A stretch of 64,000 nt of DNA from Candidatus Omnitrophota bacterium (GTDB lineage: Bacteria; Omnitrophota; Omnitrophia; Omnitrophales; Aquincolibacteriaceae), in NCBI GenBank assembly GCA_022711115.1, contig JAKLFP010000003.1:9199-73198 (forward strand). Reading direction: 5' to 3'. Position 1 is the first letter of the stretch. The number at the start of each line of letters is the position of its first letter. Both the position numbers and the translations under genes were made by a program. This document shows, one piece after another, positions 1 through 10,041 of the stretch. The notes beneath the pieces were generated by a model. The model did no database searches. It was not told where the DNA came from and saw only the letters and a program-made list of their open reading frames with translations.

Positions 1-400
1 TGGAATTTTCCAACTCCGTATTCAGCTCGTCAATTTGCGCGCCCGAATCTTTAATGCGCTGTGCCGATTGCTGTTCCACTTTCCTCACCTTATTCAAAAG
101 ATCGCTTTTCTCCAAGGTCATTTTTTCAAAGGACGCCTGGAGATCGCGCATGCTTTGCCGGATCCTGCGATTCTCTTCAAGCGTCTGGTTGAGGGTGTTG
201 ATCAATTGCTCGACATTTTGTCCTCCCGAAGACTTGGCCGTTTCCTCGGGAGCGGCGACATCCAGCAATTCTTTATTTTTATCCTTGGTCTTGGTTTTAT
301 CCGCAGCAAGGCACTGATCCGCGACGCCCATCGCTGAAAAAACGAGTGCGAAAATGACCAGAAAAAATATCATTTTTGAGGCATGCACCGGCCGGGTCAT
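1..400 (-). CDS. partial CDS (C-terminus beyond window start): signal-peptide/TM-anchored coiled-coil protein, translationally coupled to the secretin
   Basis: Minus-strand ATG at 398-400 overlaps the secretin TGA as an ATGA coupling, with a gagg SD 5 nt upstream. Translation starts MTRPVHASKMIFFLVIFALVFSAMG and continues into heptad-like EEN..QRIKD..ELNTELEN with no stop before position 1. The gene is absent from the ORF track because it runs off the window edge. Confidence 0.4.
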   Translation of the reverse strand, partial: MTRPVHASKMIFFLVIFALVFSAMGVADQCLAADKTKTKDKNKELLDVAAPEETAKSSGGQNVEQLINTLNQTLEENRRIRQSMRDLQASFEKMTLEKSDLLNKVRKVEQQSAQRIKDSGAQIDELNTELENS

Positions 401-2310
401 TTGGACCTCTTGATAGGTGAAAGTTTTGCAAGTCCATCCGCCAGACCGCCCATGAGCGAACTTGAATTTCCGGCTTTTGCTTCGGCCCTGGAAGCCGCCG
501 CATCGACGGACCTGACTTCCAGCGTATCCAACGGGCTCGCATGAAATTCGGCGACCGAGGTATTTCCGTTTGTCTTGCCTTTGATCGGGATCGGCTGGTC
601 CAGGACATCTTTTTCGCCGGTCACGATGTGCGGTGTGATGATGATCACGATCTCGGTCTTTTTGATGCTTTCATGCCGGCTCTTGAAGAGGTTTCCAACA
701 ACGGGGATGTCCATCAGATACGGAAGTCCCTGATTCGTCCGGTTCTGTTCATCCCGCATCAAACCTCCCAGCACCACGGAGACACCGTCCTGAACGATCA
801 CGGTGGAGTCCACAAAAGTCGTGTTCACCTTCGGGATAAGATTCCCTGATTTGGTCGAAAGGTCTCCCGTCTGGCTTGAGATCTCGGGCCGGATCTTCAT
901 GGTGATATAGCCGTTATCATTGATCACAGGAAGCACGGACATCATGATCCCCACATCGATAAAGCGGATATCTTCACTGACGGAAACGTTATTGCCGGTC
1001 CCGGTGGAAGTTGTCACCACATACGGGATCCGGTCACCGATATTGATCTTTGCCTCTTGCCGGTCCAGGATCATCACCCGCGGGCTGGCCAGTACTTTGG
1101 TATCCGTGATGCCTTTGACCGCGGTCAATCTCGCCGCAATTTCATCGGTATCAAAATTCCCGACTGTGATACGGCTCCTTCCTTGGCCGAGCGCATTGGC
1201 GGCATTCGTTCGGATGTCTCCCTCTCCGCTTGGGGCATAAAAAGGATAGACACTTTGGATGGAGTTGTTATTCCAGTCCCGAAATACTTTTTGCCAGGCC
1301 ACGCCAAAATCGAAGGAAGGATTCAGCGTCAGCTGGAGAATCCGTGTTTCGATCAGAACGCCTTTGGTCTGTTTATCGAGCGCCTTGACAAGTTCCAGAG
1401 CGCTGCCCATTCGGCCCGGATAGGCGCTAAGGATGACCTGGTTGGAACGAGCATCCCCGATAATCGTCCCAACACCTTTCGCCTCGAGCTGCGGCTTTAA
1501 CTGCGCCAGGACGTCGTCGACTTTCGCGAATTGAAGCTTGATCACTTTCATTTCAAGACTGTTTTCGACCTGATCCAGCACAGCCCCCATTTGCAATAAT
1601 TTTTGCGGGGTATCGATCATCACCACGGTCCCCGTGTCCTCATCGATAATAATTTTCCCGAGAGAACTTTGGACCGCCTGGAGCGCGGCCAGGACATAAC
1701 TCGGTTTGGCGTTTTTCAGCGTCCGGATCATGACTTTTTTAATGTCATTGAAATTTTTCCCGTGGGTAAGCGCGTATTCATCTTCGGTCATAATAAAGAT
1801 GATGTCGTCGCGGATTTCGTAGGCCAGCTGGTTCGAAATGATCAGGATATCGAGGGCATCCTTGATCTTGACGTTGCGCAGAAGCAGGGTCGAACGGCCC
1901 TGGACATTTTTGCTTGTCACAATGTTGAGGCTTCCCTGGGTCGCGAGAAATTTGAAGACATCCACGACGTTAATGTCGCGAAGATCGAGGAAAATAATTT
2001 TCTCAAGGCCTTCGCCGAGATCCGGCGCAAAGTTCACCGTCGTCCGGTCCGGGGCCTCGGCATTTTCCGTCCGCTCCATGGGATCCGCATTTTCCGTCCG
2101 CCCCCCGGATCCCGTATTTTCCTTCTGCTGCAAAAATCCGGCGTTTTCCGCCGGTTCCAATTTTTCTTCTTGGGAAAAAATGACGGGCATCGACACCAAG
2201 AAACAAGCCACAAGGAAAGCCGAAAACTTTCCGTTCTTTGTGATGTTCTTCACCGCGTCAGTTGAGTTCCACTGTTTCATTGCCGCTCTCCAAGACCACG
2301 TGATCTTCAT
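397..2310 (-). CDS. secretin (GspD/PilQ family outer-membrane channel)
   Basis: 637 aa with an N-terminal signal/TM segment. Repeated N-domain-like segments are followed by a C-terminal secretin-type region (VIKLQFAKVDDV..., GVLIETRILQLTL, VLGGLMRDEQNRTNQGLPYLMDIPVVGNLFKS). The true start is probably an internal Met (MKQWN...). Confidence 0.75.
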   Translation of the reverse strand: MKITWSWRAAMKQWNSTDAVKNITKNGKFSAFLVACFLVSMPVIFSQEEKLEPAENAGFLQQKENTGSGGRTENADPMERTENAEAPDRTTVNFAPDLGEGLEKIIFLDLRDINVVDVFKFLATQGSLNIVTSKNVQGRSTLLLRNVKIKDALDILIISNQLAYEIRDDIIFIMTEDEYALTHGKNFNDIKKVMIRTLKNAKPSYVLAALQAVQSSLGKIIIDEDTGTVVMIDTPQKLLQMGAVLDQVENSLEMKVIKLQFAKVDDVLAQLKPQLEAKGVGTIIGDARSNQVILSAYPGRMGSALELVKALDKQTKGVLIETRILQLTLNPSFDFGVAWQKVFRDWNNNSIQSVYPFYAPSGEGDIRTNAANALGQGRSRITVGNFDTDEIAARLTAVKGITDTKVLASPRVMILDRQEAKINIGDRIPYVVTTSTGTGNNVSVSEDIRFIDVGIMMSVLPVINDNGYITMKIRPEISSQTGDLSTKSGNLIPKVNTTFVDSTVIVQDGVSVVLGGLMRDEQNRTNQGLPYLMDIPVVGNLFKSRHESIKKTEIVIIITPHIVTGEKDVLDQPIPIKGKTNGNTSVAEFHASPLDTLEVRSVDAAASRAEAKAGNSSSLMGGLADGLAKLSPIKRSK

Positions 2311-2947
2311 GAATTTTCAGAACTCTCAACACCCCGAGGGGATCCCCCTCCCGAAGAAACGTCGTAATGTTCTTTTCCACATCCTCAATCATGCAATAGG
2401 CGCGTTTCGGTTCCGTCGGGTTAAAAGAGATCCCCGTCAGTTTCAAATTTTTTGTAATTTCAACGAGCCGGCTTGATTGCTCTTTCTGAAGCCTTTCGGC
2501 CTCTTCCTGCCGCTTGCCGTAAGGCATAAAAATTTTTCCCAAATCCCAGCTCTCCACCGGCTCGCCTTCTTTGGACATCTCTTTCGGCTCCGGCACATCA
2601 AATATTTTGTTCTCGGGGATCGTGATTTTTTTGGAGAAATCCTGCTGCACCCCCACATATCCCCATATAAAATCCACCGTCAAAAACAAGGCCAGGATCA
2701 TCACGATGAACTTCAAGGTACGGTTCAACTGTTTGATCCCAAAAGCCGCTTTATGCCGCTCCACCCATTGCGTGACACCAGCATTAAAAGACGCCAGCAT
2801 CCCCTTTAAATCTCCGGGTGAAAAAAGGCCTCCTCGTCTTCCTTTTTTCGCTCCGGCCGCCACCTCTTTTTTGAGGGTCTCCGGCTCCTCGATCAGATCC
2901 AGAAGCCGTTTTTCCGGCGTTAATGATGGGTCTGCTGGTTCAGCCAT
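2258..2947 (-). CDS. single-pass membrane protein, ExeB/GspB- or GspC-like secretin assembly partner (tentative)
   Basis: 229 aa with a charged N-terminus, one TM helix (FIVMILALFLTVDFIWGYVGV) and a periplasmic domain. It sits between the ExeA-like ATPase and the secretin and overlaps both neighbours. Confidence 0.35.
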   Translation of the reverse strand: MAEPADPSLTPEKRLLDLIEEPETLKKEVAAGAKKGRRGGLFSPGDLKGMLASFNAGVTQWVERHKAAFGIKQLNRTLKFIVMILALFLTVDFIWGYVGVQQDFSKKITIPENKIFDVPEPKEMSKEGEPVESWDLGKIFMPYGKRQEEAERLQKEQSSRLVEITKNLKLTGISFNPTEPKRAYCMIEDVEKNITTFLREGDPLGVLRVLKIHEDHVVLESGNETVELN

Positions 2948-3801
2948 CCCGCACGCATATCCTCGGAGACGATCTCCCCGACAACCTCTTCATCCACAGA
3001 CCACTTGCGTTTCATCACAAGTTGTTTCAAGGCACGATGACAAAGCATCGTGATTTTCCTGGGATATCCCTGTGAAATCTCATGGATCATTTCTACCGCA
3101 TCATCCTGAAACAAGACCGATTGAGAGCAATAATCCGCCTGTTTAATGCGAAAATGGATCATCTCTCGGGTTTCCTCCAGACTCAGAGGGTTCAGGGTAT
3201 ATTTAAAACTGATCCGGTCCATGAAATTCGGTATCTTTATGATCTTGGAATGAAGCTCCAGCTGCCCGAAAAGAACGAGCTGGAGAAGTTTGGTGTCATT
3301 GGTTTCATAATTTAAAATGACGCGGAGTATTTCCATGGACGCTTCCGTAAGTTTTTGGGCTTCATCGATGATCAGGACCACGGTTTTATTCGCGATAATT
3401 GTTTTCTCATAAAGAAATTTCTCGACGGCCTCTTTGAGGTCCATCACGCTGTAGCGGGAGCCGCTGCCTTGCGAAAAACCGGGATTGTACTGTTCCATAT
3501 TGATCCCGAAATTCCGTACGAGCGAGTATAAAAATTCATGTTCCGTCTCGAAGCAGGGATCCAAAACATAATGAACAATAAAATCTCCGCGTTCCCGCAG
3601 TGACTGGATCAGTTTGCGCGAAAGCGTGGTCTTCCCCGTGCCGATGTCCCCGAGCACGACGGAAAGTCCCCGCCGCAAACGCAGTTCGATCAGAACATTG
3701 GTCATCGTTGCCTGGTGGCCTTGCGCCAAATAAAGAAATTCCGGATCCGGACTCGTCGAAAATGGCTCTTTCTCAAATCCAAGTATTCGATAGTAACTCA
3801 T
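2920..3801 (-). CDS. ExeA/GspA-like AAA+ ATPase
   Basis: Walker A GDIGTGKTT and Walker B VLIIDEAQ. The layout matches the general-secretion-pathway protein A family, and an SD (gaggag) precedes the ATG. Confidence 0.7.
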   Translation of the reverse strand: MSYYRILGFEKEPFSTSPDPEFLYLAQGHQATMTNVLIELRLRRGLSVVLGDIGTGKTTLSRKLIQSLRERGDFIVHYVLDPCFETEHEFLYSLVRNFGINMEQYNPGFSQGSGSRYSVMDLKEAVEKFLYEKTIIANKTVVLIIDEAQKLTEASMEILRVILNYETNDTKLLQLVLFGQLELHSKIIKIPNFMDRISFKYTLNPLSLEETREMIHFRIKQADYCSQSVLFQDDAVEMIHEISQGYPRKITMLCHRALKQLVMKRKWSVDEEVVGEIVSEDMRAGWLNQQTHH

Positions 3802-3942
3802 GCCGCTCCTCTTTGAGCGCTGCCTCTGAAGACAATGCGCCCATATCCTTTAGCACCTAAAATTTGCTGTACTATTTTACGGCTATTGTCCTGAAATGAT
3901 TTAGCTTAATTGATTTAGAAAAATGAAGATTGTTTGAGGGAT

Positions 3943-5856
3943 TTATTTTTCAAAACGGCCGCCAAGATGTCGGGCGAGAAATGCCTCGGCGGTCTGGAAG
4001 AGCTTCAGACGGTTCTCCGGTTTCACAAATCCGTGTCCTTCGTCAGGGAAAAACAGATATTCACACGGAATTCCCCGGATGCGAAGGGCCTGAACGATCC
4101 GGTCGGACTCCGTTCTTGGCGTGCGCGAATCATTTTCACCCTGAGCGACCAAGACGGGTATGCGGATCCGGTCTGCATGATAAAGCGGAGAACGCTCCTT
4201 CATGAAAGCAGTTTCGGTATCCGGATTCCCCACCATGCGCATGATATTGGCCTTTTCGACTGACCAATAAGGCGGCATGGACCGAATGAGCGTTGCCAGA
4301 TCGCTCGGGCCGAAGAGATCGATCGCGCATTGAAAAACATCCGGAGTAAACGCCGCGGCCGCAAGCGCCGCATACCCGCCGTAGGAGGATCCGATAATCC
4401 CCAGACGTTTTGGATCTGCAATTTTTTGCTGAACGGCCCACGCAACGGCATCCACAAGATCGTCTTGCATCTTACGGCCCCATTCTTTGTTGCCGGCATT
4501 GACAAACTGCTTGCCGAAACCGGTCGAACCCCGGAAATTCACCCGCAACGAAGCGTACCCGCGGTTGGCAAGCCACTGGCTGACAGGACTAAAACCCCAA
4601 CCGTCCCGCATCCACGGCCCGCCATGCACCACAAGCACCATCGGAAATGGTTTTGATCCGTTATCAGGCAATGTTAAATAGCTTTGCAATTTAAGTCCGT
4701 CCCTTGATGAAATCTCAACGGATTTCATGGGAGCAAGTTTATATTTGGCGAGGGCCGGCCGCTGGGTAAAAAGGAATTCTGCCTTCTTACTTTTTTGATC
4801 GTAAATATAGCTTTTTAAAGGACTTACATCATTATTGAATCCGACAATCCAATACCGTTTATCCTCACTCCGGTTTCCAAAAGAAAGATCTCCGGCATCC
4901 ACTGTCTTTAAGATCGCCAGATCTGCCCGGACTCTTTCATGAAGAGGAATCCACTCATTTCGTGACCGGTAAACGGAGACCATTTCGATTTCCCGATCAT
5001 CCGGATCCACGACCACACCTCCGACATCATATTGGGGATCCGAAAAAAAAGTTTTTGCCGTTCCGGTCACGAGATCCATGACCCCTAAACGGGCCGTATT
5101 CGATCCCCGTGAGTCAATCAAATAAAGTTCATTTCCGGTTCTGGAGAATCCAAGGACATCACTGGTCATGGCGTCCTCAAAATCCCAGGAAAAAAGAGTT
5201 TTCCAGGCCGATCGTTCATCCTGGCGGATCAAAACATCATGCCCGCCATCCGCTCTCGCCGAAACCGCACCGCGGACTTTCATAGCCGCATCCACGATCC
5301 ACTTCGAGATCTGGCCTGTATTTTTCTCCACAAGTTCTATCGCGCCGGAATTCAGATCCAGGCGATAAACATCATGGCGAGACTGGTCTTCCCGGTTCAT
5401 CAGAATCAGGATCTGGTCCGGAAAATGTTTATCCACGAAAAGCACCCGCACCTGAACCCCGTCGAACGGCGTCAGATCTTTCGCACCGCCGCCGGTGACA
5501 TCACTTCGATACAAATGCCAGTTCTCATTGCCACCTTGATCCTGGAGAAAAAGAATGGATGGACCGCCAGGCACCCAAAAAAAAGACTGGATCCCACGGT
5601 TTTTATCCCGGGTTAAAACGCGGTCGGTCTTTGTTTTTCGGTCATGCAGCCAGATATTCAACACACCGCCCTGAGGCGCGAGATAAGCAACCAGAGAACC
5701 GTCCGGCGAAATTTGCGGGCCGTTTTTCTGATCAGGGCCGAAAAGGACCTTTCTCGGGATGAGGCTAGGGGCTTTTTCCGTTTTTTCGGAAAACAGCAGA
5801 CAGAAAACAGCCAAGATCCCCACGAGCGCTAAAATGATCCCATGTATTTGCTTCAT
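3943..5856 (-). CDS. S9 family serine peptidase (prolyl oligopeptidase / acylaminoacyl peptidase-like)
   Basis: 637 aa with a signal/TM N-terminus and a beta-propeller-like N-half. The C-terminal alpha/beta-hydrolase carries the nucleophile motif GIIGSSYGGYAA, with downstream Asp and His in DEGHGF. Confidence 0.8.
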   Translation of the reverse strand: MKQIHGIILALVGILAVFCLLFSEKTEKAPSLIPRKVLFGPDQKNGPQISPDGSLVAYLAPQGGVLNIWLHDRKTKTDRVLTRDKNRGIQSFFWVPGGPSILFLQDQGGNENWHLYRSDVTGGGAKDLTPFDGVQVRVLFVDKHFPDQILILMNREDQSRHDVYRLDLNSGAIELVEKNTGQISKWIVDAAMKVRGAVSARADGGHDVLIRQDERSAWKTLFSWDFEDAMTSDVLGFSRTGNELYLIDSRGSNTARLGVMDLVTGTAKTFFSDPQYDVGGVVVDPDDREIEMVSVYRSRNEWIPLHERVRADLAILKTVDAGDLSFGNRSEDKRYWIVGFNNDVSPLKSYIYDQKSKKAEFLFTQRPALAKYKLAPMKSVEISSRDGLKLQSYLTLPDNGSKPFPMVLVVHGGPWMRDGWGFSPVSQWLANRGYASLRVNFRGSTGFGKQFVNAGNKEWGRKMQDDLVDAVAWAVQQKIADPKRLGIIGSSYGGYAALAAAAFTPDVFQCAIDLFGPSDLATLIRSMPPYWSVEKANIMRMVGNPDTETAFMKERSPLYHADRIRIPVLVAQGENDSRTPRTESDRIVQALRIRGIPCEYLFFPDEGHGFVKPENRLKLFQTAEAFLARHLGGRFEK

Positions 5857-6013
5857 TCAAGATGTCCCGTTTTTCGTTTTGAGCTTGTAAAGTTTCTCAA
5901 GACCGATATGATACCAATTATTCTGACGCTGCGTTAATACAGATTTTTAAGGTCCTCCTATCCTCAAGAAAAAGAAATGAAAAATTTGGGTAGCGCCCTT
6001 CTAAATTTTAAAA

Positions 6014-9000
6014 ATGAGCGGGTCAGGATTTGAAAGACGCGTCAAAATTCAATCGATAGGTTTTATGTCAGATCATTCCCAAAAAATTCTGGACGAACCG
6101 ATTCCCCGACCTGGGACACCCTTCCTGCAACAAGTCCGATCCATGTTGCGAACACTTCTTGCTGTAAAGCGCATCGATGAAAAAAAAATGCAGCGGCTTT
6201 TGCTGCTTTGCTTTTTTGTTTCCGGCGCGTGCGGCCTCATCTATGAAGTGGCCTGGCTCCGCGTCATGGGGCTCATTTTCGGAAATACCACTTTTGCGAC
6301 AAGTACGGTGCTCGCAGGATACATGGCCGGTCTTGGCCTGGGAGCTCTCTGGTGGGGAAAACGCATCGATCACGGCGGCGATCCCGTCAAAACCTATGCC
6401 CGTCTCGAATCGGGAATCGGCATTTATGCCCTTTTGACGCCTTTGATCTGGAAACTGATCGATCTTCTCACCATCGGTTTCTACCGTTTTATTTCGCCTT
6501 CTTTTTTTACCGCGCTTGTTTTCAAGTTCATGATTTCGTTTGTCGCCCTTCTTTTTCCGACTTTCCTGATGGGCGCGACGCTTCCGGTCCTTTCAAAATA
6601 TTTTGTCAAGAATCATGAGGAAGTCGCAAAACAGGTCGGCCTCCTTTACGGTCTTAATACCCTCGGTGCGGTCCTGGGCGTTCTTTTTAGCGGCTTTATC
6701 GCCCTTCAGCATTTCGGCGTTTGGGAGACGGTCTATCTCACCGGCATTCTTAATCTGGTGATTTTCTTTTTATGCAATTATCACGCCCCGACCCTTGAAC
6801 CCATTTCCCTTATTTCAAATAAATTCGTTTCCGCGCCCGAGCCGAAAAAACTCGCTCCTTTTTCCCCGTCTGTCACCCGTATCCTTCTAACTTTTTTCGC
6901 AGTCTCAGGCGCCGTGTCCATGATGTACGAAATTGCCTGGACACGCGTTCTGGCGATGGCGGTCGGCAGTTCGGTCTACGCCTTTTCTATCATGTTGGCG
7001 ACTTTTCTTTTCGGTATTTCGGCCGGCAGTTATCTTTTCAGCCGCATCCCGCGCTCCTTCCCGATGAATCTCCACACCTTTGCCGCCTTCCAGGCATTGA
7101 CCGCACTGACAGCGATCCTCGGCATCAATCTTTTTAATGACATGCCTTATTATTTTGTGCAGATCTTTTACGCATCCCGAGGGTCCGACCTTGCGCTGCA
7201 GTTCGGAAGGTTCCTGCTTTGTTCGGCGGTCATGCTGCCGCCCACGCTTTGCATCGGCGCGATGTTCTCGTGTTTTATTCATGTCCTGCGCACCTCGCAA
7301 CCGCTCGGCAAAGAAATTGGTAATGCGTATTTCGCGAATACCATCGGGACGATCCTCGGATCGATCGGCGCCGGTTTTTACATGATCCCTCTTTTCGGCA
7401 TTCAGCACACTCTGATGATTGCGGCAGGACTTAACGCCGCGATCGCCTTTTTCGTTTTTTTTCTTCCCAAGGAATCTTTTCACTGGAGACGGTATGTCTT
7501 GTGCGGCCTTGTCCTGGGTTCCATCATCTTCAGTGCGAACACCGTCAAGCCATGGGACCGCGGTTTCATTTCAAGTGACCTTGCGGTCAAACCTGAGCGG
7601 GCCAAGGGTTTGAACAAGAGCACACTTCTCAGGAACATGCAGGAAAGAAATCTTCTCTTCTATAAAGAAGGACTCAGCGCAACCGTTACGGTCATAAAAA
7701 TCGGCGACAATCTTTCTTTATCCGTCAACGGCAAAGTCGACGCCTCCCTCCAGGACACATTCACACAATTCCTTCTCGGTCATCTTCCCATGGCGCTCCA
7801 TGCGAACCCGAAGAAAGTTCTCGTGATCGGGTTGGGAAGCGGTTCGACCGGCGCGGCGGTCGCCTCTTATCCTGTGGACAAGATCGACCTGGTAGAACTT
7901 GAGAAAGCGGTGGTGGAAGGCGCGGGATATTTCCATGATCTGAACCGGAACGTGTTGCAAGACCCGCGACTGCATATCCATATCAATGATGGACGGAATT
8001 TCGCGCTCCTCCATCCCGAAAAATACGATGTCATCATTTCAGAACCGTCCAATCCCTGGATGGCGGGCGTTGCAAACCTTTTTTCCCTGGAACACTACAA
8101 AACCTTGCAGAAAAGGCTTGCGCCGGACGGAATCGTCTGCCAATGGCTGCACGCCTACAGTATGTCGCCGGAAGATTTTCGCATGATTATCCGGACTTTT
8201 TCCGAAGTTTTTCCGGACATCAGCCTCTGGACTTCTTATTACCCGGATCTGATGCTGATCGGCAAAAATGAGCCGCTCAAGCTTGATATGAAAAATTTCG
8301 AGCATGCGTTCGCGATCCCCGCAGTTCAAAGCGACCTCCGCCCTCACGGGATCCAACATCCTGCCGGGTTCCTCTCCAACGCGCTGCTTTTCGATCATGC
8401 GCTGAGGCTTCTTGCCAAGGGTGCGCGGGTGAATTCTGATAACCACCCGCATCTTGAATTCTCAGCGCCCAAGAATCTTTATAAAAATACGATCCAGGAA
8501 AACCTCGCCATCATCAGTTTTTACAGCAAAGACAGCATCATGCCTGCCATTCAAAACTTGGAACCTCCCCTGGAACAAAACGCCGATGCTTTAAATGCCG
8601 TTGCCCGTGGATGGCTCGCAAAACAGTTTCACAATCAAGCCGAAGCGATGCTACTCAGATCCCTTGCGATTAATCCGGAAAATGCCGAAACATGGACCCT
8701 ACAAGGCATGCTTTTTTACCAGAAAGGTTATAAAGAAAAAGCCACGGAACTATTATCCAAAGCGCTTGAAAAAGATCCCCAATCCAAAACCGCCCATTAT
8801 GCCTTGGGCCTTGCCTTGCAGGATCAGGGACAGATGCTCAAGGCCATCGGATCTCTTCAAAAGGCCGCAGAAATGGATCCTCAAAACGCTTCTTACCTCA
8901 CCGCGCTTGCCAATGCGTTGCTGAAGATCAATAAGGAAGAGCAAGCACTGAAATATTTCAATCGGGCCCTGGTCCTCCAGCCGAATGACCTTCCAAGCTG

Positions 9001-9334
9001 GATCAAAAAAGCTACTCTTACAAATAAGCTCGGAACGTATGAAGAGAAGAAAAAAGTCTACATGAAAATCATCGGTCAATACCCGCGTTTCAGCGGCGGC
9101 TATGAATGGCTGGGCAATCTTTATGAAAAGAACGGAAAAGTTTTAGAGGCTTATGAAATTTATCAAAAAATGAAGTCCTTTTTCCCGAACGACGCCCCCG
9201 TTTATATCAGCCTCGCGCGTCTGAGTGACCTTCTTGGCCGGAAAAAAGACGTAAAAAAATACATCTCCCTCGCAATCCGTTACAATCCGTCTCTGGCAAC
9301 TAATCCCACGATCCAAAAAATCCTGCAATCCTAG
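6014..9334 (+). CDS. fused polytopic membrane domain / spermidine-synthase-like domain / TPR-repeat protein
   Basis: 1106 aa. About 480 aa of multi-TM N-terminus precede a spermine/spermidine synthase fold (VLVIGLGSGSTGAA, IISEPSNPWMAG) and a C-terminal run of TPR repeats (AHYALGLALQDQGQMLKAIGSLQKA etc.). Confidence 0.7.
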   Translation: MSGSGFERRVKIQSIGFMSDHSQKILDEPIPRPGTPFLQQVRSMLRTLLAVKRIDEKKMQRLLLLCFFVSGACGLIYEVAWLRVMGLIFGNTTFATSTVLAGYMAGLGLGALWWGKRIDHGGDPVKTYARLESGIGIYALLTPLIWKLIDLLTIGFYRFISPSFFTALVFKFMISFVALLFPTFLMGATLPVLSKYFVKNHEEVAKQVGLLYGLNTLGAVLGVLFSGFIALQHFGVWETVYLTGILNLVIFFLCNYHAPTLEPISLISNKFVSAPEPKKLAPFSPSVTRILLTFFAVSGAVSMMYEIAWTRVLAMAVGSSVYAFSIMLATFLFGISAGSYLFSRIPRSFPMNLHTFAAFQALTALTAILGINLFNDMPYYFVQIFYASRGSDLALQFGRFLLCSAVMLPPTLCIGAMFSCFIHVLRTSQPLGKEIGNAYFANTIGTILGSIGAGFYMIPLFGIQHTLMIAAGLNAAIAFFVFFLPKESFHWRRYVLCGLVLGSIIFSANTVKPWDRGFISSDLAVKPERAKGLNKSTLLRNMQERNLLFYKEGLSATVTVIKIGDNLSLSVNGKVDASLQDTFTQFLLGHLPMALHANPKKVLVIGLGSGSTGAAVASYPVDKIDLVELEKAVVEGAGYFHDLNRNVLQDPRLHIHINDGRNFALLHPEKYDVIISEPSNPWMAGVANLFSLEHYKTLQKRLAPDGIVCQWLHAYSMSPEDFRMIIRTFSEVFPDISLWTSYYPDLMLIGKNEPLKLDMKNFEHAFAIPAVQSDLRPHGIQHPAGFLSNALLFDHALRLLAKGARVNSDNHPHLEFSAPKNLYKNTIQENLAIISFYSKDSIMPAIQNLEPPLEQNADALNAVARGWLAKQFHNQAEAMLLRSLAINPENAETWTLQGMLFYQKGYKEKATELLSKALEKDPQSKTAHYALGLALQDQGQMLKAIGSLQKAAEMDPQNASYLTALANALLKINKEEQALKYFNRALVLQPNDLPSWIKKATLTNKLGTYEEKKKVYMKIIGQYPRFSGGYEWLGNLYEKNGKVLEAYEIYQKMKSFFPNDAPVYISLARLSDLLGRKKDVKKYISLAIRYNPSLATNPTIQKILQS

Positions 9335-9357
9335 CATCCGGCAATCTTTTGAAGCTC

Positions 9358-10041
9358 TCAACCCTGAAGCCTCTTTACCTCTTCCAGCGAATGAACCATG
9401 TGGTCCCGTTCATCCAATCCGATACGGCGGATCAAATCCGCTAAAGATCGCTGCCGGGGATAATATTGAAACCACACCGACTCCACGGCTTCATGTTCAA
9501 ACTCGGGATGTTCCTGGGCATAAAGCATGTATTCATGTTCGGCATGGGATTCGAACGCGGCGTTCATCGCAAAGGACCAGACGGGACGGACCCCATACAT
9601 AATCCGGGTGATCCAAAAATAAGTCAGGGTCATGATCTTGGGCAAAAGAAAATGATAGGCCCAACTCAGCCGGATCCCTTTCTGGTGGCAAAGATCGGCA
9701 CAAAGAAGCATATGACACTGTTCATTATCCTGCGCCTCACGGCCCATCCGGATATGACGAAGGGCCTTCTCGACCTCGGCTTGAGGCGCCTTCTCCGTGC
9801 TGCTGTAAAGCTTCGAAAGAAGATGGTACGCGCCGTTTTCCCATGCCCAATACGGATACCGCGCTAAAATTTCAAGCACCAGAATTTTCGGCAAGGAACG
9901 CGGCACCCCATAGAGCACATCAAAAGTCCAGAACATGCCTTTCAGGATGATGTTAGCCGGAAGTTTCGGAGTTTGAAGGGTTTTTTCCTGTTCCTCTTTC
10001 AGATTCAATGTCTTGCCTATCGTATATTCAAAAGCGCTCAT
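9358..10041 (-). CDS. alternative oxidase-like di-iron carboxylate protein (AOX/PTOX family)
   Basis: 227 aa with four E/ExxH iron-ligand motifs spaced as in AOX (EILARY..., EAQDNEQCHM, ESHAEHEYM, DERDHMVHS). Confidence 0.55.
   Translation of the reverse strand: MSAFEYTIGKTLNLKEEQEKTLQTPKLPANIILKGMFWTFDVLYGVPRSLPKILVLEILARYPYWAWENGAYHLLSKLYSSTEKAPQAEVEKALRHIRMGREAQDNEQCHMLLCADLCHQKGIRLSWAYHFLLPKIMTLTYFWITRIMYGVRPVWSFAMNAAFESHAEHEYMLYAQEHPEFEHEAVESVWFQYYPRQRSLADLIRRIGLDERDHMVHSLEEVKRLQG

Noticed and set aside
2040-2110. Short tandem peptide repeat in the secretin N-region as a phase-variation site
   Set aside because: Only two imperfect 9-aa units at the nucleotide level, with no homopolymer or perfect repeat.
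541-2476. Several + strand ORFs (541-849, 920-1240, 1057-1500, 1603-2265, 1838-2476)
   Set aside because: All lie antisense inside the secretin gene, have low-complexity or Arg/His-rich composition, and show no motifs. They are shadow ORFs.
4136-4505. Minus-strand ORFs of 101 aa overlapping the S9 peptidase gene
   Set aside because: They are out of frame within a well-supported longer CDS on the same strand. Spurious.
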